From Chiloscyllium plagiosum (Eukaryota), in assembly GCF_004010195.1 (NCBI RefSeq), contig NC_057757.1, forward strand, positions 4,645,919-4,665,918: DNA of 20,000 nt, read 5' to 3'. Shown one piece after another: positions 1 through 10,535 of this stretch. A program made the translations under genes and the position numbers. The notes below the pieces were generated by a model. The model had not been told where the DNA came from, made no database searches, and worked only from the letters and a program-made list of their open reading frames with translations. Within the stretch, counting starts at the first letter, position 1. Each line of letters opens with the position of its first letter.

Positions 1-193
1 GGTTTCCTCCGGGTGCTCCGGTTTCCTCCCACAGTCCAAAGATGTGCAGGTCAGGTGAATTGGCCATGCTAAATTGTCCGTAGTGTTAGGTAAGGGGTAA
101 ATGTAGGGGTATGGGTGGGTTGCGCTTCGGCGGGTCAGTGTGGACTTGTTGGGCCGAAGGGCCTGTTTCCACGCTGTAATCTAATCTAATCTA
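1..193 (+). mobile_element. HE1 SINE (tRNA-derived V-SINE), 3' part, cut by window start
   Basis: V-domain GGTTTCCTCCGGGTGCTCCGGTTTCCTCCCACAGTCCAAAGATGTGCAGG, LINE-like tail GGGCCGAAGGGCCTGTTTCCAC, terminal (TAATC)n repeats. Confidence 0.9.
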
Positions 194-199
194 CACTTA

Positions 200-545
200 C
201 GGAGCTGAGGTGGCGAGGTTTGGAAATGTCAGGTTCCTCAATGACAATAGCCAACAATTTGTCCTGGAACTCCCCATGGAGCTGCAACGATCAAGAAGGC
301 ATATCAACGCCATCTTTTCCTCGGGCAGCTCACAAAGTTCGGCATGTCCATAAGGACCCTCACCAACTTGTACAGACGTACCATAGAAAGCATACTGTCC
401 CAGTGCCTAATGGCCTGGTACAGTAACTGCTCTGCCCAGGCCCGTGAGAAACTACAGGAGGTTGTGTGCACAGCCCAGACCATCCGGGACCCCGCCATTC
501 ATACTACTTGTTCCTGCAGAAACATTGCAAACATCATGAAAGACT
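200..545 (+). mobile_element. Degenerate Rex1/Babar-type LINE, RT C-terminal fragment
   Basis: Translations NNLSWN, then KFGMSIRTLTNLYRRTIESILSQCLMAWYSNCSAQAREKLQEVVCTAQTI, match the Rex1/Babar RT C-terminus (LYRCTIESIL..CI.AWYGNC...R..LQRVV..A); frameshifted. Confidence 0.8.
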
Positions 546-835
546 CCTCCCTCCCTCCCTCCCTGGTAATGCTGCCCCGCTGTCTCTATCTGTGTGTGTG
601 TCTTCCTCTACCCCCCCCCCCCCCACGCGCGCTCTCCCCGTTTTCTCAAACAACCAGCACAGAGGCAATGGGCTGATGGGTCCCTTTTATGCACGGCTTG
701 ACCATATGATCCGCTCCTGCTCTCTTGGTCGGATCTCGGTGGACAGACTCGGTCGTTACCAGTAGTTTTATTATGGTGGTGTTGGAGGAGGAGAGAATGG
801 AGCGGGGGGCGCAGTGCAGCAGAGACAGAAATAAC

Positions 836-1017
836 CTGCCATGATGTAGCACCTTCAGCAAACACGCAGATGTTCACAAGTCGCTGCTGTAATGTCAAAA
901 ACGCAATGGCCTCATCTCACACAGCAAGATCCCACAAACAGCAAGGTGATCACCACCAGATTACATTTTCTCTTTTTTTTCTCTGACAAAGCAAGGTGGC
1001 TTGAGGGATTAATATTG
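836..1017 (-). mobile_element. DeuSINE (SacSINE1-like) 3' fragment
   Basis: CACAGCAAGATCCCACAAACAGCAA..TGAT...ACCAGAT and TTGAGGGATTAATATTG match the reverse complement of the recalled shark DeuSINE body. Confidence 0.6.
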
Positions 1018-1039
1018 TGTTTGTGGCTGTGGGAATAAG

Positions 1040-1222
1040 TCTGTCCCTCTCGCTGTCTTTCTCTGTCTCTCTGTGTCTCTGTCTTTCTGTGTGTGTGTGT
1101 GTCTTTCTGTGTCTCTCCCTCTGGTTTCTGTCTGTGTGTCTGTCTCTCTGTCTGTGTGTGTCACACTGTGTTGCTCTATCTGTGTCACGCTCAGCATGTC
1201 TGTCTCTGTCTGTGCGTGTGTA
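1040..1222. repeat. Compound (CT)n/(GT)n microsatellite
   Basis: Directly visible TCTC/TGTG low-complexity tract. Confidence 0.9.
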
Positions 1223-1531
1223 TATTGATTCTGGGTGAACATAGCTATACTTCAGACTCTAAACAAGCTTGACGAAACACACATGTTTTGGAAAAGAAAA
1301 TTAAGCCCTTAAAATACTTGCAATGACGCACGGGCTGGTGTTGTTTTCACCATGAGCATGTAGTCCCATCAACTTCATAGTGACACAGAAATGGCGTAGA
1401 CTGACAAGAAACAGCTGATCCCATTCCAGCACTCAACAACAATCACAGCATCGTAACTGGACACATCCCTCCCTCCCCATTCATCGGCTGTGCAAACTCC
1501 TGGGGGGTGGGGGGGAAAGGCTTAGCGAAAC

Positions 1532-1625
1532 ACTTGCATTTATGTAGTGCCTCTCACAACCAGCGAGCTTTGCTGAGCATTTTGTGGCCAGTGAAGTGCT
1601 TTCTGAAGCGTAATTACTGTCAGTG
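1532..1625 (-). mobile_element. DeuSINE (SacSINE1-like) 3' tail fragment
   Basis: ACTTGCATTTATGTAGTGCCT...GCCAGTGAAGTGCTTTCTGAAGCGTAATTACTGT resembles the reverse complement of the family 3' end. Confidence 0.55.
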
Positions 1626-1629
1626 TGGT

Positions 1630-1762
1630 GTAGCAGTCATCTGGAGACCCCAGACTAGGAGCTCTCCACAGACAAGAAATTACTTTGACAGGTTCAAGTC
1701 CCACCCACAGCTGCTGGTGGGGTTTAAATTCTGAATCAATCTTCAATTTTGAATAAAACTTT
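1630..1762 (+). mobile_element. Degraded shark tRNA-derived SINE head
   Basis: B-box-like GGTTCAAGTCCC followed by CAGCTGCTGGTGGGGTTTAAATTC; a related remnant lies at about 9517-9680. Confidence 0.45.
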
Positions 1763-1774
1763 TAATCTAACTGT

Positions 1775-2316
1775 GTACGAGTTGGGACGTTATGTTGAGG
1801 TTGTACAGGACATTAGTGAGGCCTCTTCTGGAGTACTGTGTCCAGTTTTGAGCGCCCTGTTATAAGAAGTATATTATTAAGCTTGGAGGGGGTTCAGAAG
1901 AGATTTACCAGAATGCTACTGGGAATGGAGGGTTTGAGCTATAGGGAGAGGTTAAATAGGCTGGGAGTTTTTTCCCTGGAGCATCGGAGGCTGAGGGGTT
2001 TATAAAATCATGAGAGGCATGGATAGGATAAATAGACAAGGTGGGGTGGGGGAGCCCAGAACTAGAGGGCTATAGGTTTAAGGTGAGAGGGGAAAGCTTT
2101 GAAAGGGACCTAAGGGGCAACTTTTTCAGGTAGATGTGGATGTGGTGGAGGCTGGTATAATAACAACATTTAAAAGGCATCTGGATGGGCATATGAATAT
2201 GAAGGGTTTAGAGGGATGTGGGCCAAGTGCAGACAAAGGGACTGGATTAACTAGGTCTGGTCGGCATGGATGAGTTGGACCGAAGGGTCTGTTTCTGTAC
2301 TGTACGACTCTATGAC
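1775..2316 (+). mobile_element. CR1/HER1 LINE 3' fragment
   Basis: Encodes LYRTLVRPLLEYCVQF and SYRERLNRLG; 3' UTR ends GGACCGAAGGGTCTGTTTC...GACTCTATGAC; colinear with 13205-13797. Confidence 0.9.
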
Positions 2317-2629
2317 CCTTGGACAAAGGGTGAGTGATAACACCCAGAGCACCCATTCCGTGTGCTGTTGAGGGATACGTATTGAACAGGACAGCCGAGG
2401 TGGTGTCCCAGCTGAACGAATGATGGTGATGGGGTGAGCTCCAGTTACCAACCCAACCAGCGAGTTCAGGTGCAGTCCTGGCTGCCTCCCAACCTGAGAG
2501 TGGTAACTGCCTCACTCAGTGCTAACTGTCAGCTACTGGCATTTAGCACGGACTGCACATCCACCTTCACTCAACGACCTTTACTTATTCTGAGATTCCC
2601 CACTTGCTCAGTCACGCATTCCCAGTAAC

Positions 2630-3310
2630 ACCCTCGCTCACTCACTAACTCATGCACACTCCTACACACACACACTTAGGTGCACACACATACTCAGACA
2701 GACTCTTGTGCACGTGTGTGCACGTACCCCTCTGTATACCCCCACACACTTTTACACACATCACACCTCTGTACACACTCACACGTATGTATGCACCCGT
2801 GCACACATCACACCATTGTGTACTCTGACACACACACACACGCACACACATCGCACCACTGTTTACTCATGCATACCCCTACATACTCATGCACATCACA
2901 CCTCTGTATACATACATGAATCCCTACACAAACATATACACGTCACACCTCTGTGTATACACGCACATCCCTACACACACGTACATCACACCTCTGTATA
3001 CACACGTGCATCCCTACACACACATGTACATCACCTCTGTATACACACGTGTACCCCTACACATGTGTGTACACCACACCTCTACACACGCGTATCCCTA
3101 CACACAGATGTACAACACACCTCTGTATACACACGCACACCCCTACACAGACACATGTACATCACACCTCTGTACACACACATTTGCTGATTCTCTCACA
3201 CTGACACACTTGCTCTCTCCCATCTGTACATTCACTTTCTCTGACCCTCACACTCTCGTGTATTCAGTCACTCTCTCTCTCACATGCAAACACCTGGATA
3301 CACACACTCA
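2630..3310. repeat. CA-rich degenerate minisatellite (about 43-48 bp unit, core CATCACACCTCTGTATACACACG..CCCTACACA)
   Basis: CACCTCTGT recurs near 2765, 2899, 2947, 2989, 3032, 3119 and 3165; produces spurious His/Thr-rich ORFs. Confidence 0.85.
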
Positions 3311-4067
3311 TGTGGTCAAACTCTGTCTACCTCTCCCTCATGCATTCACTCATGAGAAGGGGGAATAAGGAGTGAGGGAAAGTGCAAGGTTGCTGCAGAA
3401 TGCTCCCGGCAAATAGAACTCACATGTCGTTACATCAGAATGGATTAGATTTATTCGTCACATGTAGTCATGTGAGCACAGGGAAAGGTTTACATGTCGC
3501 CACTTTTGACACCATTGGAGGTGCCTGGGTACAGAATGGTCAATGCAAATTCTTAAGGATATTCTTATGGTGTGTAACGCCGTAGTGCCTTTCACATCAA
3601 GCAGGCAGCTCCTAGCAATCAGCAGCTGTGTGCAGCGTTGGAGTTGATAAGCTGGAGTTTGCAGTGTGTGTGTGTGTGAGACTTGTGACTGATCGGTAAA
3701 GATTAACCCTGCTCTCCAATCGATAGTGGCAGTCGGATCTTGTTGCACCTGTTGGAGGGGTGGGTACAGTGTGATTTTTTTTTTTAACAGGAAGGTGTGA
3801 CTGGTATCTGCTGAGCTGTACATAGCCCCCTCACCATTTGTTGTCACTTCAACCACAGAAGCTTCACACTTGTTGCAGAAAATGTGCTGGTCTTTTTTTT
3901 AACTTTTGGAGCTGTTTTATTGACCACTCATCTTTCTTTGCTGCTCTTCAGCTTTACTCTCCAAGAGGCCAGTTAGAGGAGAGCAATTGTGCATTTGCAT
4001 AGCACCCCTTGTGATCCGGGAGGCTTTCATGAATTTCCTGAGCACTCTGCTTCCTGTAGATGGCAGA

Positions 4068-4508
4068 AACATAGAATCCCTACAGCATGGGGGCCGGCCA
4101 TTAGACCCAACAAGTCCACACCAACCCTCTGAGGAGCATCCCATCCTGACTCACTCTCACTCTCCTAAGCTATCCCTATAACCTTGCATTTCCCACGGCC
4201 AGTCCACCCGAACCTGCACGTCCCTGGGCACTATGTGGCAACTCAGCAAGGCCAATCCACCCTAACCTGCACATCCCTGAATGCTATGGGACGATTTAGC
4301 ACTGCCAATCCACCCTAACCTGCACATCCCTGGACTCTATGGGGCAACTCAGAAAAGCCAATCCACCCTAACCTGCACATCCCTGAACGCTATGGGGCAA
4401 CTCAGCACAGCTAATCCACCCTAACCTGCACATCCCTGGACACCATGGGGCAACTCTGCACGGCCAATCCACCCTAACCTGCACATCATCAGATTGTAGG
4501 AGGAAACA
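4068..4508 (-). mobile_element. HE1 SINE, 5'-truncated, with internal tandem expansion
   Basis: Reverse tail ATAGAATCCCTACAG..CCCAACAAGTCCACACC, body repeats, ends at TGTAGGAGGAAAC in the V-domain. Confidence 0.85.
4197..4488. repeat. 53-bp tandem repeat, about 5.5 units, inside HE1
   Basis: CCACCC(T/G)AACCTGCAC starts at 4204, 4257, 4310, 4363, 4416 and 4469 (exact 53-bp period). Confidence 0.95.
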
Positions 4509-4544
4509 TGAAATGAACAAGTCTAGCGACAAAAATTCAGATCT

Positions 4545-4926
4545 GGGAGACCTTATGGATATTTAAAAAGTTGAGGAGCATGGATAGGTGAACAGCCAAG
4601 GTCTTTTTCCTAGGGTAGAGGAGTCTAAAACTGGAGGGTGTTGGTTTAAGGTGAGAGGTGAAAGATTTAAAAAGGACCAAAGGGGCAACCTTTACATGCA
4701 AACGGTGATGTGTGTATGGAATGAGCTGTCAGAGGGAGTGGTGGAGGCTGGTACAATGACAAAATTTAAAAGGCATCTGGACAGGGCATATGAATAGGAA
4801 AGGTTTAGAGGGATATGGGCCAAGTGCTGGCAAATGGGTCTGGATTAATTTAGGATATCTGGTCGGCATGGACGAGTTGTACTGAAGGGTCTGTTTCCCT
4901 GCTGTACATCTCTGTGACTCTATGAC
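4545..4926 (+). mobile_element. CR1/HER1 LINE 3' end
   Basis: GLFPRVEESKTGG..FKVRGERFKKD..WNEL...VVEAGT..FKRHLD; tail CTCTGTGACTCTATGAC. Confidence 0.9.
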
Positions 4927-4933
4927 CACAAGT

Positions 4934-5108
4934 TTGCTCTCTCATTAGAGGGAGAGAAACAGCTGGTGAGGACCACCATGCCTCAGGCGAGGGGAGAGTT
5001 GAGAAGGAGAGTGCTTCATGGTAACCTCGGTTGGTGCAGGAATCGAACCCATGCCTTTGGTATCACTCTTCATCGCAAACCAGCCATCCAACCAACTGAG
5101 CTAACTGG
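4934..5108 (-). mobile_element. tRNA-derived SINE (non-HE1 family)
   Basis: Minus strand reads TAGCTCAGTTGG (A box) ... GGTTCGATTCC (B box), followed by a non-tRNA body ending CTCTAATGAGAGAGCA. Confidence 0.7.
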
Positions 5109-5187
5109 TCGAGAAGGATATGTTTGCATTGAAGGTGGTACAGCTGGATTGCTCCCTGCAATTAAAGGGTGCATATTGTATGATCAC

Positions 5188-5455
5188 TAGATCTATATAG
5201 CACAGCAAGAGACCCTTTGGCCCAACCAGCCCCTGCTGCCCATAATCCCAAACTAACCAGTCCCACTTGCCTGCTCCTGGCCCACACCCCTCCAACCCTT
5301 TCCTATTCATGTACTTATCCAAATGTCTTTTAAACACTAACTGTACCCATATCTATTACTTCCTCTGGAAGTTCATTCCTCACAACAACCGCACTGTGTG
5401 TTTTAAAACCACCCCCCTCCCCTGTCTTTCCTGAATCTTTCTCCTCTCACCTTAA
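5188..5455 (-). mobile_element. CR1/HER1 LINE 3' end
   Basis: Minus strand encodes FKRHLDKYMNRKGLEGCGP and carries the GGGCCAAAGGGTCT tail. Confidence 0.85.
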
Positions 5456-5510
5456 TACAGCGAAGAACAGATTTATTTCGATTTGCGGCAAGGCAGATCT
5501 GTGCTTTCAG

Positions 5511-5682
5511 AAACCCTGGGTTCCATACCGCTGGCATACCCTCCCCATACCGTCCACTTGTCTCTCGGGTTTGTTAAGATGCTGTCGGAGACTGGCCTCT
5601 GAGGGACGCGGCATGGGGGATATTCACAACAGTAGCACTGTGCTTGAGCTGATGTCCTGCAGTCCCGTAATGGAACTTCCAA
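5511..5682 (+). other. Candidate exon of an unidentified transcript
   Basis: Acceptor CTGTGCTTTCAG (ends 5510), donor AA|GTGAGT (GT at 5683), one frame fully open, Kozak-like GGCATGG at 5613; no recognisable protein. Confidence 0.3.
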
Positions 5683-5810
5683 GTGAGTGATTAGCAAGGT
5701 CAAATGGTACGCTACCCTTTTATCGCAAGGGGATTGGTATGTGGGGAATGTGGGTTAATTTGGGGTTTTGGAGAGATTGGCTGAACTGCCCAAATTAGGA
5801 AATGTGTCGA

Positions 5811-5972
5811 CCATTCCTTCAGAGTCACTGGGTCAAACTCTTAAGTACAAAAGGCCACTGTGTGGGTGTCCCTGTTCAGGAAGGCAGCTCACCCCCACCT
5901 TGTCGAGGGGCAATTAGGAATGGGGCAGTAAATGCTGTGCCCAGCAAGCGCTGCCTACATCCCAGGAGTGAT
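5811..5972 (+). mobile_element. Old shark LINE 3' end (CR1/L2-group, different family)
   Basis: TTCAGGAAGGCAGCTCACC..CACCTT...GGGCAATTAGG.ATGGG..TAAATGCTG..CCAGC...CATCCCA matches a recalled common shark LINE tail. Confidence 0.6.
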
Positions 5973-6164
5973 CTGTGAAAATAGGGTCACCACCATAGCT
6001 ACCTCAATGACTGTACAATCTGCTAGCAACGGGCAGGTTTCTAGTCCCTGACCCTTATCCATCACCCAGTGTTTGTCAGTGTTTCTTTAATATGTGCTGA
6101 AATAATAACAGCCCTCCTGACTGTGTACCATTGTCCTTTCACTGATACCACTATCAGAACACCC

Positions 6165-6437
6165 GATCTTTCAGATTAAATGTGGTCCGTATTGGCAAAT
6201 GAGCAGTGGATGTCAGTTACTGTTTTGAGTTCCAAGAGAAAGCTTTTAACCTGGTCAGAGATGTTATACCATGCCCTCTGGAGCAGGTGGGATCTGAAAC
6301 CGGGCCTCCTGGCTCCGAGGTAGGGACGCTACCACTGTCACCATAAGGGCCCTTGAGGATTCTATCCCTCAGCCAGCATCACTGTAAACAGATGATCTGG
6401 ACCATTGCGCCATTGCGGGAGCGATGGATGTGTCCAA
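6165..6437 (+). mobile_element. Degraded DeuSINE body, interrupted by another SINE
   Basis: TATCCCTCAGCCAGCATCACTGTAAACAGATGATCTGG resembles the DeuSINE body (opposite orientation to the copy at 836-1017). Confidence 0.45.
6265..6352 (-). mobile_element. tRNA-like SINE head
   Basis: Minus strand GGGCCCTTATGGTGACAGTGGTAGCGTCCCTACCTC...GGTTTCAGATCCCACCTGCTCCAGAG has degenerate A and B boxes. Confidence 0.6.
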
Positions 6438-7483
6438 CATCCCGGAATCTCTCCCTCTGAAACTTCCACTCCCACCAGCTTTCCGATAAATGTGTTGGTC
6501 CTGGGATCTGATCAGGAAGAGGATCTGGTTGCTGGGGCATTCCACAGATTTCTCGCTGTGTTTTCCAACTTGTCAATTAGACATGAGTGATACTTCAGAA
6601 GGGAAACATGAAAATATAGCCAAGCATTAGGATGGTGTTCTGTCTCTGTGTCTGTCTGCCTCCCCCCCCCCCCCCCCCTCTCTCTCTCTGTCTTAATCGA
6701 AAAAGACAGTGAGTGCAGTTGGGTGGAACGTTCTCAGAGGCTCTTAAACTATCGAAAATCATGTAACCTGGATGACAAAAAAAACATGGAATTTTTCTCC
6801 GTATCAGTGGCTGTTTAGAACATCATGAGTGATTGTCCATCGCCCTTGAGGTTCAATGCAATCACCTCTTATTCTCTCACTGAGCTTCACTCACTGCTCA
6901 TGGTGCCATCATCCCAGGGATTAGTCTGGTGAAACTTGAGAGAAAGTCTATCCACAGTACTCCAAATACTGCCTCAACAACACTCTCAGGGATGATCGCA
7001 ATAATCCTTTTCTCTCACTTAGATATCGCCATTACTTTCCTGTGCCACAAAAAGCCATTCCTTCTCTATGCACTACGTCTGACATGGAATTTACAAGTCC
7101 CTGTACTCCAGCATCAATAAAGCTAGCAACAGAGATGCGTCTGGAGATGTGCATCACTGTTAGGGAGAACTTCAATGAGATTGAATACACCTAAATTAGG
7201 GGATGATCACCTATCTGAAGAGAAATGAGCTGTAGGAATACAGGAAACAGGCAGAGGGAGCTATCATTACGTTTAGTCTTCTCTCACAGGATGGATGCAG
7301 CCCTGGATAGGCCAACATGTTATGCTGATCTTGAACTGAGTGGCTGGTTCAGTTGTTCCACAGACCAGTACAGAGTAAAACACATTGCTGGTGGTTTGTA
7401 ATGTTACAACACAGGATACATTCTCCTGCTTAATAAAATCAGCAACAGATAAAAGGGCCGATTAGGGATAGCATAGGGAACTC

Positions 7484-7604
7484 CCTCTTCGCCCTCTTCG
7501 CCCGCCCCTCCTCCTCCTCCTCCTCTTCGCCCGCCCCTCCTCCTCCTCCTCCTCTTCGCCCGCCCCTCCTCCTCCTCCTCCTCTTCGCCCGCCCCTCCTC
7601 CTCT
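7484..7604. repeat. 29-bp pyrimidine-rich minisatellite, 4 copies
   Basis: TTCGCCCGCCCCTCCTCC starts at 7497, 7526, 7555 and 7584. Confidence 0.95.
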
Positions 7605-7627
7605 TTCCCCCCTGGGTCGAGGGGGCC

Positions 7628-7752
7628 AGGTATTAGTCAGGGGTAAATGTAGAGTAACAGGGTCAGGGAATGGCAGATACTCCTCAGAGGGCCAGTGTGG
7701 ATTTGCTGGGCTGAAGGGCCTGTTTCCACACTGTTGGGATTCTATGATTCTG
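7628..7752 (+). mobile_element. HE1 SINE 3' fragment
   Basis: ATTAGTCAGGGGTAAATGTAG...GGGCTGAAGGGCCTGTTTCCACACTG...GATTCTATGATTCT. Confidence 0.8.
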
Positions 7753-8461
7753 TCAGGGGATCAAGGGGGGTTGCTCAGGGACAGTGGATGTGCAGCTCAG
7801 CTCCTGTTTGAGTGGTCGAGCGACCAAATGGCCTAATCCTGTTCCTATTTCTGACAGTGGGCAGTCCTGAGGTGGGGTAGACTGTTTCTGATTTAGCATT
7901 TTATCCAAAAGGCCATGCCCTGGCACAGACCCCTCCTGAAAGCACGTCCTTCCCTCTCTGAGGCAAGGAGACTACCCATTGTGTCATACTCTGACGCTTG
8001 AGGCCAGGGTTTGGAAAACCTGCATGGGTTTTTGTTGTGTGTGGTTATTTTCAATTTTTTAAAAAAGAAAAATCCAGGTAAACTGTTGGGGTCTCAATCC
8101 TTTTGAACTTGACACTGATGAGCCAGCATTCTGTCGAGCAAGGTCATTAACACGCTTCCGTGATCTCTGAATGAAGCAGTGTGCAAGCTGCAGAAGTGTT
8201 GGTAATCGTTTCATTAAAAACCGCATTTAGTTTTGCATGGCCAGCTCTCTCGGAGGGAGGGATGCAAATTTTTAGGGAAATCCACAGCTGAACCGATAAA
8301 ATCTTTGTCACAAACGGAAAATTGTGTGGAGAGATGGAGACAGAAAGCGAGAGAGAGAGAAAAAGGAAGCTGAGTTAACATTTCGGGTTCAGTGACCTAT
8401 CAGAACTGATTGTAGCTCGGAAAAGGTTGGTGTTTATGTTGGGGAGGAGGGGGGTAAACAT

Positions 8462-8935
8462 TAGAGTCACCGAACCATACAGCATGGAAACAGTCCCTTG
8501 GGTCCATCCACTCCATGCCAACCAAATATCCTCAATTAATCTAGTCCCATTTGCCGGCACTTGGCCCATATCCCTTCTTATTCATATACCCATCCAGTTG
8601 CCTTTTAAATGTTGTCATTGTACCAGCCTCCACCACTTCCCCTGGCATTCCATACACGTACTACCCCCTGCCTGAAAAAGTTGCCCCTTAGGTCCCTTTT
8701 TTATCTGTCCCCTCTCATCTTAAACTTACGCCTCTCCAGTTTTAGAAACCCCCTACCCTGGGGGAAAAAGACCTTGAGTATTCACCCAATCCATGCCCCT
8801 CAGCCTCTGACGCTCCAGGGAAAACAGCACCAGCCTATTCAGCCTCTCCCTGTAACTCAAACCCTCCAACCCTGGCAACATCCTTGTAAATCTTTTCTGC
8901 ACCGTTTCAAGTTTCACAACATCCTTCTGGTAGCC
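8462..8935 (-). mobile_element. CR1/HER1 LINE 3' fragment
   Basis: Minus ORF YQKDVVKLETVQKRFTRMLPGLEGLSYRERLNRL plus the 3' UTR tail. Confidence 0.9.
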
Positions 8936-9012
8936 CAGAGAGAGAGAGAGAGAGAGAGCAGCAGTCCACCAGACAAAAGGATGGATAATAGTGAGCAAGG
9001 GAGAATCAACAG

Positions 9013-9298
9013 GACAGCACAGTGGCTCAGTGGTTAGCACTGCTGCCTCACAACACCAGGGACCCAGGTTCAATTCCCGCCTCAGGGAATTACGTGCACA
9101 TTCTCCCCGTGTCTGCGTGGGTTTCCTCTGGGTGCTTCGGTTTCCTCCCACAGTCCACCATGCTAAATTGCCCGTAGTGTTAGGCGCATTAGTCAGGGGT
9201 AAATGTAAGGGAATGGGTCTGGGTGGGTTGCTCTTCAGAGGGTCGGTGTGGACTTGTTGGGCCGAAGGGCCTGTTTCCACACATTGAATCTAATCTAA
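9013..9298 (+). mobile_element. HE1 SINE, near full length with internal deletions
   Basis: A box TGGCTCAGTGG, B box GGTTCAATTCC, V-domain, (AATCT)n tail; AACAG duplicated at 9008-9012 and 9299-9303. Confidence 0.9.
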
Positions 9299-9709
9299 AA
9301 CAGCTGCTAATGGGGACCATGAGTGGGGTGAGAACCCATTGGCTGTGAAGAGAGCAGCTGAGATGGTAACAGGGCCCGGGCTGTGGGGCTGGGTAAAGGA
9401 CACAGAAGGAAGTTTTCAGGCCCGAGAATTACTGAACTGCATCTTGAGTCCTGATGGCTGCAGGGTCCCCCAAGCGGAAAATGAGGCGCCAAACATCTTT
9501 GTCACTTTATTTACATTGGTAATGTCACTAGATTAGTGATTGGAATGCCCGGTCTGACACCTGGGAGACGTAGGAGTTAATTACCAATTACTGAGTAATG
9601 ACGGCTATGAAGCTGTTAGTGATAGTTGGAGAAATGTCTACTGCCCTCAGGCCCTTCCTTTTTATAGGAAAGAAATAAGACCACTGCAGCAGAACTCACT
9701 TCTGAGGAG

Positions 9710-10190
9710 CTCCAAACCGTTCCTATTCATATACCCATCCAGATGCCTTTAAAAAGTTGTAATTGTACCATTCTCCACCACTTCCTCTGGCAGCTTGTTC
9801 CATACACGCACCACCCTCTGTGTGAAAAAGTTGCCCCTCTGGTCCCTTTTATGCCTTTCCACGCTCTCACCCTAAACCTATGCCCTCCAGTTCTGGACTC
9901 CCCCACCTTGTCTATTTATCCTATCCATGCCCCTCATGATTTTATAAACCTCTATAAGGTCACCTCTCAGCCGCCGACGCTCCAAGAAAAACAGCCCCAA
10001 CCTGTTCAGCCTCTCCCTGTAGCTCAAATCCTCCGACCCTGGCAACATCCCTGTAAATCTTTTCTGAACCCTTTCATGTTTCAGAACATCCTTCCTCGAG
10101 GAGGGAGGAGGGAGACCAGGATTGCACAAAATATTCCAAAAGTGGCCTAACCAATGTCCTGTACAGCCACAACATGACCTCCCAACTCCG
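9710..10190 (-). mobile_element. CR1/HER1 LINE fragment
   Basis: Minus ORF RKDVLKHERVQKRFTGMLPGSEDLSYRERLNRLGLFFLERRRLRGDLIEVYKIMRG. Confidence 0.9.
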
Positions 10191-10500
10191 CTATTCAATA
10201 CTAGTGGAAACATCTTCTCCACGTCCACTTTATCCAGGCCTCTCAGTATTCGGTAAGTTTCAATCAGATCCCACCCACCCCCATCCTTCTAAACTCCATC
10301 GAGTACAGGCCCAGAGTCCTCCACCACTCCCCATGTGACAAGCCCTTCACCCCCGGGATCATTCTTGTAAACTTCCTCTGGCTCCCCGTGCCCCCACCCC
10401 ACCGCACCCCCACCACCTCACCAATGCCTGCACATCCTTCCTTAGATACGGGGCCCAAAACTGCTCACGGTATTCCAAATGTGGTCTGACTAGAACCTTA
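10191..10500 (-). mobile_element. CR1-clade LINE fragment, second subfamily
   Basis: Minus translations LVRPHLEYREQFWAPYLRKDV, QRKFTRMIPGVKGLS and LGLYSMEFRRM. Confidence 0.8.
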
Positions 10501-10535
10501 GTTGAAAAATGTGGTGCTGGAAAAACACCGCATGC

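Larger units (their letters stand above)
8310..9490 (-). mobile_element. Old Penelope-like element 3' part, split by CR1 and HE1 insertions
   Basis: Segments 8370-8460, 8940-9012 and 9299-9490 are colinear with the uninterrupted PLE at 17605-17970 (TCAGAACTGAT.GTAGCT.GGAAA; TGGGGACCAT; TTGAGTCCTGA.GGCTGCAGG; AGCGGAAAATGAG). Confidence 0.75.

Noticed and set aside
2645..3368. Long His/Thr/Tyr-rich ORFs (up to 160 aa)
   Set aside because: Translation of a CA-rich minisatellite that lacks stop codons by composition
3770..3900. Coding exon after the strong acceptor T11-AACAG at 3790
   Set aside because: All three frames stop within about 35 nt; only a non-coding exon remains possible
4197..4488. 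CRISPR-like regularly spaced repeats
   Set aside because: The intervening segments are homologous to each other, the unit is HE1 SINE sequence, and the context is eukaryotic with no cas genes
8027..8070. RSS nonamer GGTTTTTGT suggesting an Ig/TCR segment
   Set aside because: No CACTGTG heptamer at 12 or 23 bp; other CACTGTG sites lack a nonamer; no V, J or C coding sequence seen
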